Source: Bacteroidia bacterium (GTDB taxonomy: Bacteria; Bacteroidota; Bacteroidia; B-17B0; Aurantibacillaceae). Taken from it: 64,000 bases of DNA. The translations under genes were made by a program, and so were the position numbers. How positions within the stretch are numbered: the stretch's first letter is position 1; each line of letters begins with the position of its first letter. The notes under the pieces were generated by a model. That model saw only the letters and a list, made by a program, of their open reading frames with translations. It was not told where the DNA came from and ran no database searches. The stretch is from assembly GCA_035439445.1 (NCBI GenBank), contig DAORKG010000020.1:375-64374 (forward strand). The letters are read 5' to 3'. Below are positions 54,372 to 64,000 of the stretch, piece after piece.

Positions 54372-56657
54372 GTGATCCTTTGCATTGCCGAAAAACCAAG
54401 TGTTGGAAAAGAAATTGCACGTATATTAGGTGCAACTAACCGTCGTGATGGTTTTTATGAAGGCAATAACTATTTAATCAGCTGGACATTTGGTCACTTA
54501 TGCACACTTAAAGCCCCCGATGATTATAGTGATGACTGGAAACGATGGGATTTAAATTATTTACCCATGATTCCACCTCGCTTTCAATTAAAAGTGATTG
54601 ATAATAGCGGAGTCACAAAGCAGTTTAATACCTTAAAAAACTTAATTGAACAATGTACTGAAGTAGTAAACTGCGGGGATGCCGGTATTGAAGGAGAATT
54701 AATACAACGTTGGGTATTAGCTAAAGCAGCTAATAATAAACCCGTAAAACGTTTATGGATTTCATCGATGACCGATGAAGCTATTAAAGAAGGTTTTGAA
54801 AACTTAAAAGACAGCAAAGAATATGATTTGTTGTATGCTGCCGGAAATGCTCGCGCCATAGGTGATTGGCTATTGGGCATGAATGCCAGCAGATTATATA
54901 CCGTTAAATATGCGCAAGGTCGAGGCGTTTTATCTATTGGAAGAGTACAAACTCCTACTCTAGCATTAATTGTAAATCGCTATCATGAAATACAAAATTT
55001 TAAACCTGAATTTTATTGGGAATTAAAAACCACTTATCGTGCTGTTGTTTTCAACTCTACTAAACGTAAGTTTACCAAAAAGGAAGATGCTACTCAGATT
55101 TTAGAACATATCAAAAATCATTTATTTGAAATTGTTTCAAGTACCAAAAAGAATGCAAATGAAAGTCCGCTTCCATTATTTGATTTAACCTCTTTACAAG
55201 TTGAGTGTAATAAAAAATTAAACTTCACAGCGGATGATACATTAAAACATTTGCAAAAACTTTACGAATCAAAATTAGTTACATATCCAAGGGTTGACAC
55301 CACTTATCTTCCTGAAAATATGTATCCTAAAATCAAAGGGATTTTAGAAAGTCTAAAACCTTATGAACAGTTCACAAAAGCACTTTTGGATAAGCCTATC
55401 AGAAAAAGCAAAAAAGTATTTGACGACAAAAAAATTACAGATCACCATGCTATTATTCCAACAGATGTGATGCCTCCATCAGGAATGTACTTACCTGAAA
55501 AACAAGTTTATGACATTATAACCAGACGTTTTATTGCTGCATTTTATCCAGACTGTGTAGTAAGCAATACGATTGTATTGGGAGATGTGGATGGCAATGA
55601 ATTTAGCGCCACAGGCAAAGTAATTTTAGAAGAAGGCTGGAGAGTGTTATACCCTAAAAAAGATTCTGTTAATTCAGAAGAAAAAGACAAAGAAGATGAG
55701 GAACAAATAATGCCATTGTTTGTGAAGGGTGAAAAAGGAGAACATACTCCTGACTTGCAAGAAAAACAAACACAACCTCCTAAAATGCACACCGAAGCTA
55801 CATTACTTAGAGCCATGGAAACTGCAGGAAAACAAGTGGATGATCCAGAGTTAAGAGATTTAATGAAAGAAAATGGCATTGGACGTCCATCAACCAGAGC
55901 AAATATTATTGAAACATTATTTAAGCGAAATTATATTACTCGTCAGCGAAAAAACTTAATACCAACTATTACCGGAATCGAATTAATAAAAACCATTAAT
56001 AATGAATTATTAAAATCTGTTGAGTTAACAGGTATATGGGAAAAGAAGTTAAGACAAATTGAGAAAGGAGAATACGACCCTCATTTGTTTATGAATGAAA
56101 TGAAAGAGATGGTTACCAATTTAACCAATGAGGTAAAATCTGAAAAAGGCAACTCAATTACCATTCAAGCTGATAAACCAAAAAATATTACTACAGAAAA
56201 TACTGATGCAAAAACAGAAACTGTAGCAGAAAAAAAGAAAGAAGCAAAATCTGATGCTATTACTAGCTGCCCTAAATGTAAAAACGGAACAATAATAAAA
56301 GGCAAAACAGCTTTTGGTTGCAGCGCATTTAAAGAAGGATGTAACTTTAAAATTGATTTTGAATTCGGAGGAAAGAAATTAAGCGAAAAACAATTATTTA
56401 CGCTTATTCAAAAAAAGAAATCTCCAAGCATCAAAGGATTTACCGTAAATAACAAAAAAGTAAATGGTCATTTAATTTTAAATTCAAACTTTGAAACGGA
56501 GTTTGTGGAAGAGCAAGAAAAAACAAAAACACCTGTTAGCATAGCAGAAAACCAACCATGCCCTAAATGCAAAACAGGAACTATCATTAGAGGAAAAACA
56601 GCTTTTGGATGCAATCGTTTTAGAGAAGGCTGTGATTTTAGAGCTCCAATAAATTAA
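54372..56657 (+). CDS. topB: DNA topoisomerase III with two C-terminal zinc-ribbon repeats
   Basis: Toprim ILCIAEKPSVGKEIA. ...GRVQTPTL. TYPRVDT (active-site Tyr). Duplicated CPKCK.GTII.GKTAFGC..F.EGC.F. GTG start. Confidence 0.9.
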   Translation: MILCIAEKPSVGKEIARILGATNRRDGFYEGNNYLISWTFGHLCTLKAPDDYSDDWKRWDLNYLPMIPPRFQLKVIDNSGVTKQFNTLKNLIEQCTEVVNCGDAGIEGELIQRWVLAKAANNKPVKRLWISSMTDEAIKEGFENLKDSKEYDLLYAAGNARAIGDWLLGMNASRLYTVKYAQGRGVLSIGRVQTPTLALIVNRYHEIQNFKPEFYWELKTTYRAVVFNSTKRKFTKKEDATQILEHIKNHLFEIVSSTKKNANESPLPLFDLTSLQVECNKKLNFTADDTLKHLQKLYESKLVTYPRVDTTYLPENMYPKIKGILESLKPYEQFTKALLDKPIRKSKKVFDDKKITDHHAIIPTDVMPPSGMYLPEKQVYDIITRRFIAAFYPDCVVSNTIVLGDVDGNEFSATGKVILEEGWRVLYPKKDSVNSEEKDKEDEEQIMPLFVKGEKGEHTPDLQEKQTQPPKMHTEATLLRAMETAGKQVDDPELRDLMKENGIGRPSTRANIIETLFKRNYITRQRKNLIPTITGIELIKTINNELLKSVELTGIWEKKLRQIEKGEYDPHLFMNEMKEMVTNLTNEVKSEKGNSITIQADKPKNITTENTDAKTETVAEKKKEAKSDAITSCPKCKNGTIIKGKTAFGCSAFKEGCNFKIDFEFGGKKLSEKQLFTLIQKKKSPSIKGFTVNNKKVNGHLILNSNFETEFVEEQEKTKTPVSIAENQPCPKCKTGTIIRGKTAFGCNRFREGCDFRAPIN

Positions 56658-56672
56658 AGTAAAGTAAAAGCA

Positions 56673-57233
56673 ATGATATTTTATTCATATTTAGATTCGG
56701 TAATACATGTTTCCAATGATTTGAAAACAGAGTTAGCTAAAATTGCTAAAAAGAAAACTATTGAAAAAGGAGAAACACTTATTCAAATTGGAGAGAGATG
56801 CAATGATATTTATTTTATTGAAAAAGGTTTACTAAGAGGATATTACTATTTAGAAGAAAAGGAAATTACTAATTGGTTTGCTTTAGAAGGAGAATTTGCG
56901 ACATGTTTTTATTCTTTTGTTGTACAAAAAAACTCTTTTGAAACCATACAAGCTACAGAAGATACAGAACTCATTCAAATCTCTTTTTCAGATTTGCAAG
57001 CCTTATACAAAAACTATCCTGAGACCGAAAGATTAGGAAGAATACTAACGGAGCTATATTACATTCGTTTAGAAGAACGTTTACTAAATATTCAATTTAA
57101 ATCTGCTAAAGAAAGGTATTTAGCGTTACTAGAAACAAAATCAAATTTAATAAAACGAGCTCCTCTTGGGCAAATAGCATCATATCTTGGTATCACACAA
57201 GAAACTCTAAGCCGCATGAGGGCTGAATTATAA
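56673..57233 (+). CDS. Crp/Fnr-family transcriptional regulator
   Basis: cNMP-binding beta-roll (IYFIEKGLLRGYY) plus C-terminal HTH (IASYLGITQETLSRMR). Confidence 0.8.
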   Translation: MIFYSYLDSVIHVSNDLKTELAKIAKKKTIEKGETLIQIGERCNDIYFIEKGLLRGYYYLEEKEITNWFALEGEFATCFYSFVVQKNSFETIQATEDTELIQISFSDLQALYKNYPETERLGRILTELYYIRLEERLLNIQFKSAKERYLALLETKSNLIKRAPLGQIASYLGITQETLSRMRAEL

Positions 57234-57323
57234 AATAAGTTAAAACCCTATTTTTTGATTTATATCAAAAGCCATCACTTATACCTAACATACCTTTGAC
57301 TCATAATTTTTAAAATCATTATT

Positions 57324-57752
57324 ATGAATCAAAGACCATCAAATGCTTTTATAGGAGCCGCATGGGTTGCCTTATTAGCCGGAACTGTTTCTTATTGTAT
57401 TGGATTATGGAATACCGATATGTATCTCAATGAAAAAGGTTATTATTTTACCGTACTGATGTATGGCTTATTCTCAGCTGTATCACTACAAAAAGCAGTG
57501 AGGGATCAACTGGAAGGAATCAGAGTAACAAACTTATATTATGGTATTAGTTGGTTCTCTACCTTATTATCTATATTACTTTTAATTATTGGCTTATGGA
57601 ATGCAGACCTAATGCGAAGTGAAAAAGGATTTTACGGGATGTCGTTTGTGTTAAGTTTGTTTGCGGCTGTTGCTGTTCAAAAAAATGTACGAGATGTTCA
57701 GCTAGCAGAATTTATGAGAAAAAAGAATTATGATGAAGAGGTAAATTTATAA
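57324..57752 (+). CDS. YiaA/YiaB-family inner membrane protein
   Basis: Two tandem two-helix units, each ending ...EKGYYF / EKGFYG. TACCTTTG -7 box upstream. Confidence 0.7.
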   Translation: MNQRPSNAFIGAAWVALLAGTVSYCIGLWNTDMYLNEKGYYFTVLMYGLFSAVSLQKAVRDQLEGIRVTNLYYGISWFSTLLSILLLIIGLWNADLMRSEKGFYGMSFVLSLFAAVAVQKNVRDVQLAEFMRKKNYDEEVNL

Positions 57753-57762
57753 CCCTAAAGAA

Positions 57763-57795
57763 AAAAGTTGTAGTAAATAATACTACAACTTTTTT
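57763..57795. terminator. bidirectional terminator (yiaAB-like / queA)
   Basis: AAAAGTTGTAGTA-AATAA-TACTACAACTTTT. Confidence 0.75.
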
Positions 57796-57798
57796 AAT

Positions 57799-59016
57799 TT
57801 ATTTTCTAAAAAGCAATGAGCCATCACCATAGCTCAAAAATCTATAATTGTTATCTAAAGCATACTGGTAAACCTTACGCCAATCTTCTCCAATAAAAGC
57901 AGCAACTAATAATATCAATGTACTTTCCGGTTGATGAAAATTGGTAACTAATGCATTTACCAATTTAAACTGATACCCGGGTGCTACTAAAATACTTGTT
58001 TTTGCATAAAGGGTAACAAGCTTATGTTGTTTTAAATAATCAATAATGTATTTAAGTGCTTGTTGAGCTGTTAATTGTGTTTCAGAGGAGCTGTATGGTT
58101 CCCATTGTTCAACAGTCAATTCCTCTGGTTTTATATTTTGTGATTGAGAAATTTTCTGACCAATCCAATATAAACTTTCCAACGTTCTCATCGAAGTTGT
58201 TCCAACAGCTGTTACTGTTTTATCAAAATTATGATATAAATATTCTAATGTTTCTAATGACACATCAATGTACTCACCATGCATTTCATGAGCAGCCATT
58301 GTATCTGACTTCACCGGTTTAAAAGTACCTGCTCCAACATGCAATGTAATATAGGTTGGAACAATCTTCTTGTTTTTTAATTTCTCAAAAACCTTATCAG
58401 TAAAATGCAATCCTGCTGTTGGTGCAGCCACAGAACCTTCTTTTTGAGCATAAATAGTTTGATATCTCTCTAAATCTATTTCTTCTGTATCTCTTTTTAA
58501 ATAAGGTGGGATTGGAATTGCTCCAGCAATTTGCAGTACCTCCGCAAAGCTTTTGGAATTTGGTTCCCATGTAAACTCCAAAACAAATGTACCATTTAAA
58601 CGTTCTTTTATTTCAGCTTTAATCTGTAAATCAGAAGTGTTCAAATACACAAATTGCTCTTTCCATTTAGCAGCGCCACCAACCAAACATTTCCAAGTAG
58701 AATTTCCCTGCTGCAGCATACTCGAATAAACATCGGTATGGTTTGATATTGGCTCTAAGCAAAATATTTCAATATCTTTTTGCGATGAAGTTTTAAAAAA
58801 TAACCTTGCAGGTATAACTTTAGTATTATTAAAAAATAATAATGAATCCTCGGGTAAATACTCATCAATAAACTGATACTGAGACTCAAGTATTCTCTGA
58901 TTTTTATAAACCAATAATTTTGACAAATCTCTTTCATTTAAAGGATATTTAGCAATACGTTCATTTGGCAGATCGTAGTTGTAGTCCTTAATAGATATGT
59001 GCTTTACATCATTCAT
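57799..59016 (-). CDS. queA: S-adenosylmethionine:tRNA ribosyltransferase-isomerase
   Basis: DYNYDLPNERIAKYPLNERDLSKLLV...AAPTAGLHFT...VTLHVGAGTF.PV...FLSYGDGSLLF. Confidence 0.9.
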   Translation of the reverse strand: MNDVKHISIKDYNYDLPNERIAKYPLNERDLSKLLVYKNQRILESQYQFIDEYLPEDSLLFFNNTKVIPARLFFKTSSQKDIEIFCLEPISNHTDVYSSMLQQGNSTWKCLVGGAAKWKEQFVYLNTSDLQIKAEIKERLNGTFVLEFTWEPNSKSFAEVLQIAGAIPIPPYLKRDTEEIDLERYQTIYAQKEGSVAAPTAGLHFTDKVFEKLKNKKIVPTYITLHVGAGTFKPVKSDTMAAHEMHGEYIDVSLETLEYLYHNFDKTVTAVGTTSMRTLESLYWIGQKISQSQNIKPEELTVEQWEPYSSSETQLTAQQALKYIIDYLKQHKLVTLYAKTSILVAPGYQFKLVNALVTNFHQPESTLILLVAAFIGEDWRKVYQYALDNNYRFLSYGDGSLLFRK

Positions 59017-59144
59017 TATTATATATCGGCGACAATATTATTAAAACTTTTAGTTATATCCTATCCCTTAAAAACAGTCGCAAATACTATATAAACGTCT
59101 AAATCTCTTGCAATCAAGCAAATAAATACTGACCTTTGTAACTC

Positions 59145-61007
59145 ATGAAAAAGAAAGTTGAAATTTTGGCACCTGCCAAAAATTTAGTACAAGGCATGGC
59201 TGCTATTAACGCAGGTGCCGATGCTGTTTATATTGGGGCTCCGCAATTCGGCGCTCGATCAAATGCTACCAATTCAGTGGAAGATATTGCTGCTATGGTA
59301 GAATATGCTCACTTATTTAAAGCTCAAGTTTTTGTAGTTATAAATACTATTTTATATGACCACGAATTAGAAGACTGCCAAAAATTAATTCATGAATTAT
59401 ATCACATTGGAGTGGATGCTCTGATTGTGCAAGACATGGCCATTATGGAAATGAACTTGCCTCCTATTGTTATTCATGCCAGTACACAAGCCAACAATCG
59501 TGATCCAAAACATGTGAAATTTTTGGCAGACGCAGGCATGAAACGTGTAGTATTAGCCAGAGAATTAAATCTGGATCAAATAAAAGAAATACATGAAGCA
59601 ACCGATGTTGAATTAGAATTCTTTGTTTCCGGCGCCTTATGTGTAAGTTTTAGTGGAAATTGTTACATGAGTATTGCAGGAGGAGAGCGAAGTGCTAACA
59701 GAGGCTCATGTGCTCAAAATTGTCGTTTACCATATCAATTAATTGATGGTACAGGTACTACACTGATTGCAAATAGTCATTTACTTTCAATCAAAGATTT
59801 AGATTTAAGTGATCAGTTACCCAATTTAATTGAAGCAGGTATTACATCCTTTAAAATAGAGGGCAGATTAAAAGATATGGTATATGTAAAAAACAATACA
59901 TCTTACCTCCGAAAAAAATTAGACACTTTTTTAGAAAATAACGATAAATACCAAAAAGCATCTTCAGGTAGAACCTTCTATAATTTTGATCCTGAAATGG
60001 ACAGAAGTTTTAACAGAGGTTATACTGATTACTTTGTAAACAAACGTAAAGAAAAAATAGGTTCGTGGGAGAGCCCTAAATCTCAGGGGCAATTAATTGG
60101 TAAACTAATAGAAACTAAAGCCAATGGTTACGTCATTGAAAATTATGAAAAATTAAACAATGGTGATGGCTTATATTTTATTAATGATGAGGGAGTGGCT
60201 GATGGCATGCAAATCAACATCATCGTAAATGATATTGTTGTTCCAAACACTTTCAGGCCTATAAAACCGGGAACGATTATTTATCGCAATTCAGATGCAG
60301 AGTTTAACAGGTTAGTAGAACGTAATGATAGCGCCATAAGAAAAATTGGAGTAAAATTACAATTCACAGAAACTAAAGATGGCTTTGAATTACTTGCCAT
60401 CGATGAAGATGGACATCAGAGCATATCATCCTTTGTAGCCGAAAAAGAGCTAGCGAAAAACGAAGAATCTACTATTCCTAATATTAAAAAGAATTTATTA
60501 AAAACAGGAAATACTCCTTTCATAGTAGATGATATACAGGTGGAGTTTTCTCAAAACTGGTTCCTACCTATTTCAAAAATTAATGAAATACGTCGTATTG
60601 TATTAGAACAATTAATGGACACCAGAATAAAGGATTATCACAGAGAAGAATTTCAAATACAAAAAACGGATCATCCTTATCCTGTGTCTCAATTAGATTT
60701 TACCTACAATGTTTCTAATCATATGGCGCGTGCATTTTACAAACGCCATGGTGTTACAGAAATTGAAAAAGCTTTTGAATTGCAATGGGATCCCGGAAAA
60801 TCTCGAGTAATGACTACCAAGTATTGCGTGAAATACGAATTAGGCAAATGTGCTCGTTTCCAAAGAGACACTATGGGCGAAAAAGTAGTTGAGCCATTAA
60901 CCCTCAAACATGGTGAGAACGAATACAAACTAAAATTCAATTGCAAGCCTTGCGAGATGGAAATATGGGAAAAGGACGCAGAGTTGGAATTTGAAGATGA
61001 AGATTAA
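59145..61007 (+). CDS. U32-family peptidase (YegQ/TrhP-like)
   Basis: VEILAPAKNL...GADAVYIGAPQFGAR. E..VSGALC.S.SG.C..S. SFKIEGR. 620 aa. Confidence 0.85.
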   Translation: MKKKVEILAPAKNLVQGMAAINAGADAVYIGAPQFGARSNATNSVEDIAAMVEYAHLFKAQVFVVINTILYDHELEDCQKLIHELYHIGVDALIVQDMAIMEMNLPPIVIHASTQANNRDPKHVKFLADAGMKRVVLARELNLDQIKEIHEATDVELEFFVSGALCVSFSGNCYMSIAGGERSANRGSCAQNCRLPYQLIDGTGTTLIANSHLLSIKDLDLSDQLPNLIEAGITSFKIEGRLKDMVYVKNNTSYLRKKLDTFLENNDKYQKASSGRTFYNFDPEMDRSFNRGYTDYFVNKRKEKIGSWESPKSQGQLIGKLIETKANGYVIENYEKLNNGDGLYFINDEGVADGMQINIIVNDIVVPNTFRPIKPGTIIYRNSDAEFNRLVERNDSAIRKIGVKLQFTETKDGFELLAIDEDGHQSISSFVAEKELAKNEESTIPNIKKNLLKTGNTPFIVDDIQVEFSQNWFLPISKINEIRRIVLEQLMDTRIKDYHREEFQIQKTDHPYPVSQLDFTYNVSNHMARAFYKRHGVTEIEKAFELQWDPGKSRVMTTKYCVKYELGKCARFQRDTMGEKVVEPLTLKHGENEYKLKFNCKPCEMEIWEKDAELEFEDED

Positions 61008-61138
61008 GTAAATACCGAAGATGTATCATTTTTTACAGCTTTATAAAAACACGATATATCATTTTTGTTGAAACACTGTCGCTAATTTTCACCTCATAAA
61101 ATGGCGATTAAAAGAGATAACTTTTATATTTGTTTAAT

Positions 61139-62692
61139 ATGAAAGATTTATTTCGCTTAACAATAATCATATTTCAAATTACCCTTTTTGTAACCACTAC
61201 TTTTGCGCAAGATCAAACAGAAGAAAGAATTACCGATTATTTATCGATGGGAAATTATAAAGCGGCTATTCCCTTATATCAAAAGCTGATTAAGAAAAAC
61301 CCAAACGATCTTGAGCTTAAATATAATTTGGGCAAATGTCTTTTAAAAACCAAAGGTAGTCCTAAAGAAATCATTAACTTAATTGAACCTGCTTTACCGG
61401 CACTAAAACAAGAAGCAGAACCGTATTATTATTTAGGCCAAGCCTATCAGCATGATTTACAATTTGACAAAGCCATTGAATATTATATAAAAGCGAGAAT
61501 TGATGCCGATAAAAATCTTGCTCCTATAGTTGAAAGACAAATAGAAACATGTTTACATGCTAAAGAACTAGTTAAATATCCAATTAATGTTTCGTTTACT
61601 AATCTAGGTAGCCCTATAAACACAGAGTTTCCCGACTACTACCCTATTACGCCGGATGATGAATCTTTGCTCATTTTTACATCTCGTAGAGCAGAGAGAC
61701 CCGGTGCACGACCTGAGATGGATGGCTATTATTCTTCAGATATTTTTACCGCAACTCCCAAAGATGGTAAATGGATTGAACCCAAAAGTATAGGAACAAA
61801 TATTAACACCAAATACGATGAACAAGCTGTTGGTATAAGTCCTGATGGAAAGAAACTAACAGTTTACATAGACCACATTGATAGTTTAGGTAATTTATAC
61901 TTAACTGAACCTAATCCAACAACAGGAGGATATAAAAAAATTGTTCGCTTAGATTCAAAAATTAACGAAGGTTTTGAAACCAGTGGTAGCATGAATGATG
62001 CGGGTGATGTATTTGTATTTGCTAGCAAGCGTAAAGAAGGCGCAGGGGAAAAAGACATCTACATTATCCGTAAACTTAGTAATGGTAAATGGGCAAAACC
62101 TCAAGATTTGGGAGAAAACATCAATACAAAATACAATGAAGATTTTCCACATCTCAGTAAGGATGGCAATACTCTTTATTTCGCATCAGAAGGACACTCA
62201 AGCATGGGAGGTTATGACTTGTTTAAAAGCGAGTGGAATGATGCTCAAAAAGCATGGAGCGATCCTCAAAATTTAGGTTACCCTATTAACGACACTTATG
62301 ATAATGAAAATATTTCCATAGTAAGTGGTGGAGCATATGCATATGTATCAGCTATTAGAGAAGGTGGCTTTGGAGATAGGGATATATATAAAATAAAGTT
62401 TAATGACGTTGATACACGTTATTGTATTATTACCGGATATGTTACTACCTCAGATTCAAGTGATGTCCCTATCAAGATATCTATATTAGCATCAAAACCT
62501 GAAAGTAAAGAAGTTTTAAAATTTGTACCAGTTCAAAAAACCGGGAAATACGTTATGGCTCTCACACCAGGCAACTACACCATACTTATAAAAGCCGAAG
62601 GATATGAAGAAATTCAAGCCCCTTTTGTGATTTATGATTTACCATTTCAACCTGAAAGGGCAAAAGATTTTTCACTAAAACGAAAACCTTAA
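61139..62692 (+). CDS. periplasmic TPR plus TolB-like (PD40) repeat protein with C-terminal CarboxypepD_reg-like domain
   Basis: Signal peptide. TPR region. Repeated INT.YDE..(P/V)..S.DGK.L.F motifs (PD40/WD40-like). C-terminal GKYVMALTPGNYTILIKAEGY. Confidence 0.65.
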   Translation: MKDLFRLTIIIFQITLFVTTTFAQDQTEERITDYLSMGNYKAAIPLYQKLIKKNPNDLELKYNLGKCLLKTKGSPKEIINLIEPALPALKQEAEPYYYLGQAYQHDLQFDKAIEYYIKARIDADKNLAPIVERQIETCLHAKELVKYPINVSFTNLGSPINTEFPDYYPITPDDESLLIFTSRRAERPGARPEMDGYYSSDIFTATPKDGKWIEPKSIGTNINTKYDEQAVGISPDGKKLTVYIDHIDSLGNLYLTEPNPTTGGYKKIVRLDSKINEGFETSGSMNDAGDVFVFASKRKEGAGEKDIYIIRKLSNGKWAKPQDLGENINTKYNEDFPHLSKDGNTLYFASEGHSSMGGYDLFKSEWNDAQKAWSDPQNLGYPINDTYDNENISIVSGGAYAYVSAIREGGFGDRDIYKIKFNDVDTRYCIITGYVTTSDSSDVPIKISILASKPESKEVLKFVPVQKTGKYVMALTPGNYTILIKAEGYEEIQAPFVIYDLPFQPERAKDFSLKRKP

Positions 62693-62712
62693 CTTGTCGG
62701 ATAATTTCTTTA

Positions 62713-64000
62713 TTAAAACTTAATTCCCATAATACACACATCATCCACTTGTTCTAAATTTCCTTTCCATTCTAAAAAAGAATTTTGAAAAATTTGTTGC
62801 TGTTCTGATAATTCAAGCATGTGACGTTTTAATATTAATTCGTTCAAAGAGCGGTACTTAAATTTCTTTCCTCTCTCACCTCCAAACTGATCTGCAAAAC
62901 CATCTGTGTATAAATACAAGCAATCTCCTTTTTTCAACCGTATACTAAATAACTGAAAATCTTGTACTTTCTCCCCTTTTCCAACAGGCATTCGATCATC
63001 TTTTAATAACATTAAATCCTTGTCTCTAATTAAAACAGGCTTATTATTTGCAGCCGCATATTGCAACTCCATACTTTGAGGGTCGTAACATAACAACACA
63101 CCGTCAAAACCATCCTTTTGCCCGTCTTTATTTAAATTATCAATTAAACGCTGACGAACATAATCAAACACTTTATTTGGCTGTTTAATATTTTTTTCGT
63201 TGATGGCTTCACTTAAAAAACCAATGTTCAGCAAACTCATAAAGGCTCCCGGCACACCGTGGCCTGTGCTATCACATAAGGCAAAATAAAATTTACCATC
63301 TTGCATGGTGGCCCAGTAAAAATCGCCACTCACAATGTCCTTTGGGTGATAGTATATAAAATGACCTGGTAAATGCTGTTTCAAAAAATCTTCGTGTGCC
63401 AAAAGTGTATGTTGTATGCGTTTGGCGTAATTAATACTATCTAAAATTTCTTTTTGTTTTTCTTCCACCAATAACTTTTGGTGGTACATTTCATTTTTCT
63501 GCAAGTTGATAATTTCTTTTTGTCTGACAGATACTTTATATCGCTTGTAAATTACAATAGAGAAAAATGCTACAATGATTAGTATGGCAATAAAACTAAC
63601 AATAACACCCTCTGTTTTTTTATTTCTCCATCATGCTTCAAATTACTCAACTCTATTTGCTGCACATGCAATAAACTATCGTTGGAACTTTTCTTTTTAT
63701 ACTCAGCAGTTAGCTCTATCTTTTTTAATTCAATAGATTTATCAGCCTCCAAGGCGCTATCTTTATAAATACTGTTTTGTTCTTGGAATTTAAAGGCCGT
63801 TTGATAATCACCCAAATTACTGTAAATCACTTTGAGCTGATTATATGCATCTGCAATAAAACTCAAATCATCTCCTTGCTTAACCGACTCTAAATTTTTT
63901 AAGGCAATTGGTTTAGCCTCCTGAAAACGTTTTTGTGAAATATAAATTTCAATCATGTTATAATCATTGTTTTGAATCACTTCCAGGTCTTCAATTTCTG
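62713..64000 (-). pseudogene. TPR - TM - PP2C/SpoIIE phosphatase gene, 5' end beyond window, interrupted by a 1-nt frameshift at an A7 run
   Basis: The upstream frame (open to the window edge) ends at 63579. Shifting -1 at AAAAAAA (T7 on + strand, 63615-63621) reads KKTEGVIVSFIAILIIVAFFSIVIYKRY...LQKNEMYHQ, in frame with the phosphatase domain (SGDFYW, DSTGHGVPGAFMS, TDGFADQFGG, DDVCIMGI). Confidence 0.6.

Noticed and set aside
1-64000. CRISPR arrays, rRNA genes, IS elements with terminal inverted repeats, other tRNAs.
   Set aside because: I scanned for regularly spaced direct repeats, rRNA-like GC-rich blocks and transposase-like ORFs. None was seen apart from the features reported.

Overview
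Low-G+C Bacteroidota-type chromosomal segment: TAnnTTTG -7 promoter boxes and many T9SS C-terminal sorting domains. Core housekeeping genes are metK, ilvE, lpxD, aroE, rplM-rpsI-rpsB-tsf-pyrH, serC, topB and queA. They flank a ~23.1 kb integrative island inserted in the 3' end of tRNA-Asp(GUC). A 19-bp direct repeat (11568-11586 / 34699-34717) bounds the island. Its right end carries a tyrosine integrase, an HTH excisionase-like gene and a RepA-like P-loop ATPase. Island cargo, left to right: (i) a 4-gene operon of unknown small proteins, two tiny membrane proteins and a protein with three G[SA]KLTKAD[AS]G repeats; (ii) a STAS-like protein and a solitary half-HsdS-like protein; (iii) an orphan RES-domain toxin-like gene with no protein antitoxin; (iv) a ~750-nt G+C/purine-rich, ORF-free, helix-dense block with an internal duplication; (v) a 13-kb seven-gene operon of T9SS-secreted proteins including a 1994-aa M43-like metalloprotease. 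The ORF-free block is my best candidate for something undescribed, either a structured RNA or a repeat cluster. Outside the island: a truncated second integrase at the left edge; an antitoxin plus nonsense-decayed ParE/RelE toxin pair; REP-like GC-rich palindromes; three PP2C/SpoIIE sensor phosphatases, one split by a frameshift at an A7 run (A_AAA_AAA); and two large paralogous T9SS adhesin-like proteins. No rRNA or CRISPR array was seen. All functional calls come from motif recognition by eye, with no database search.
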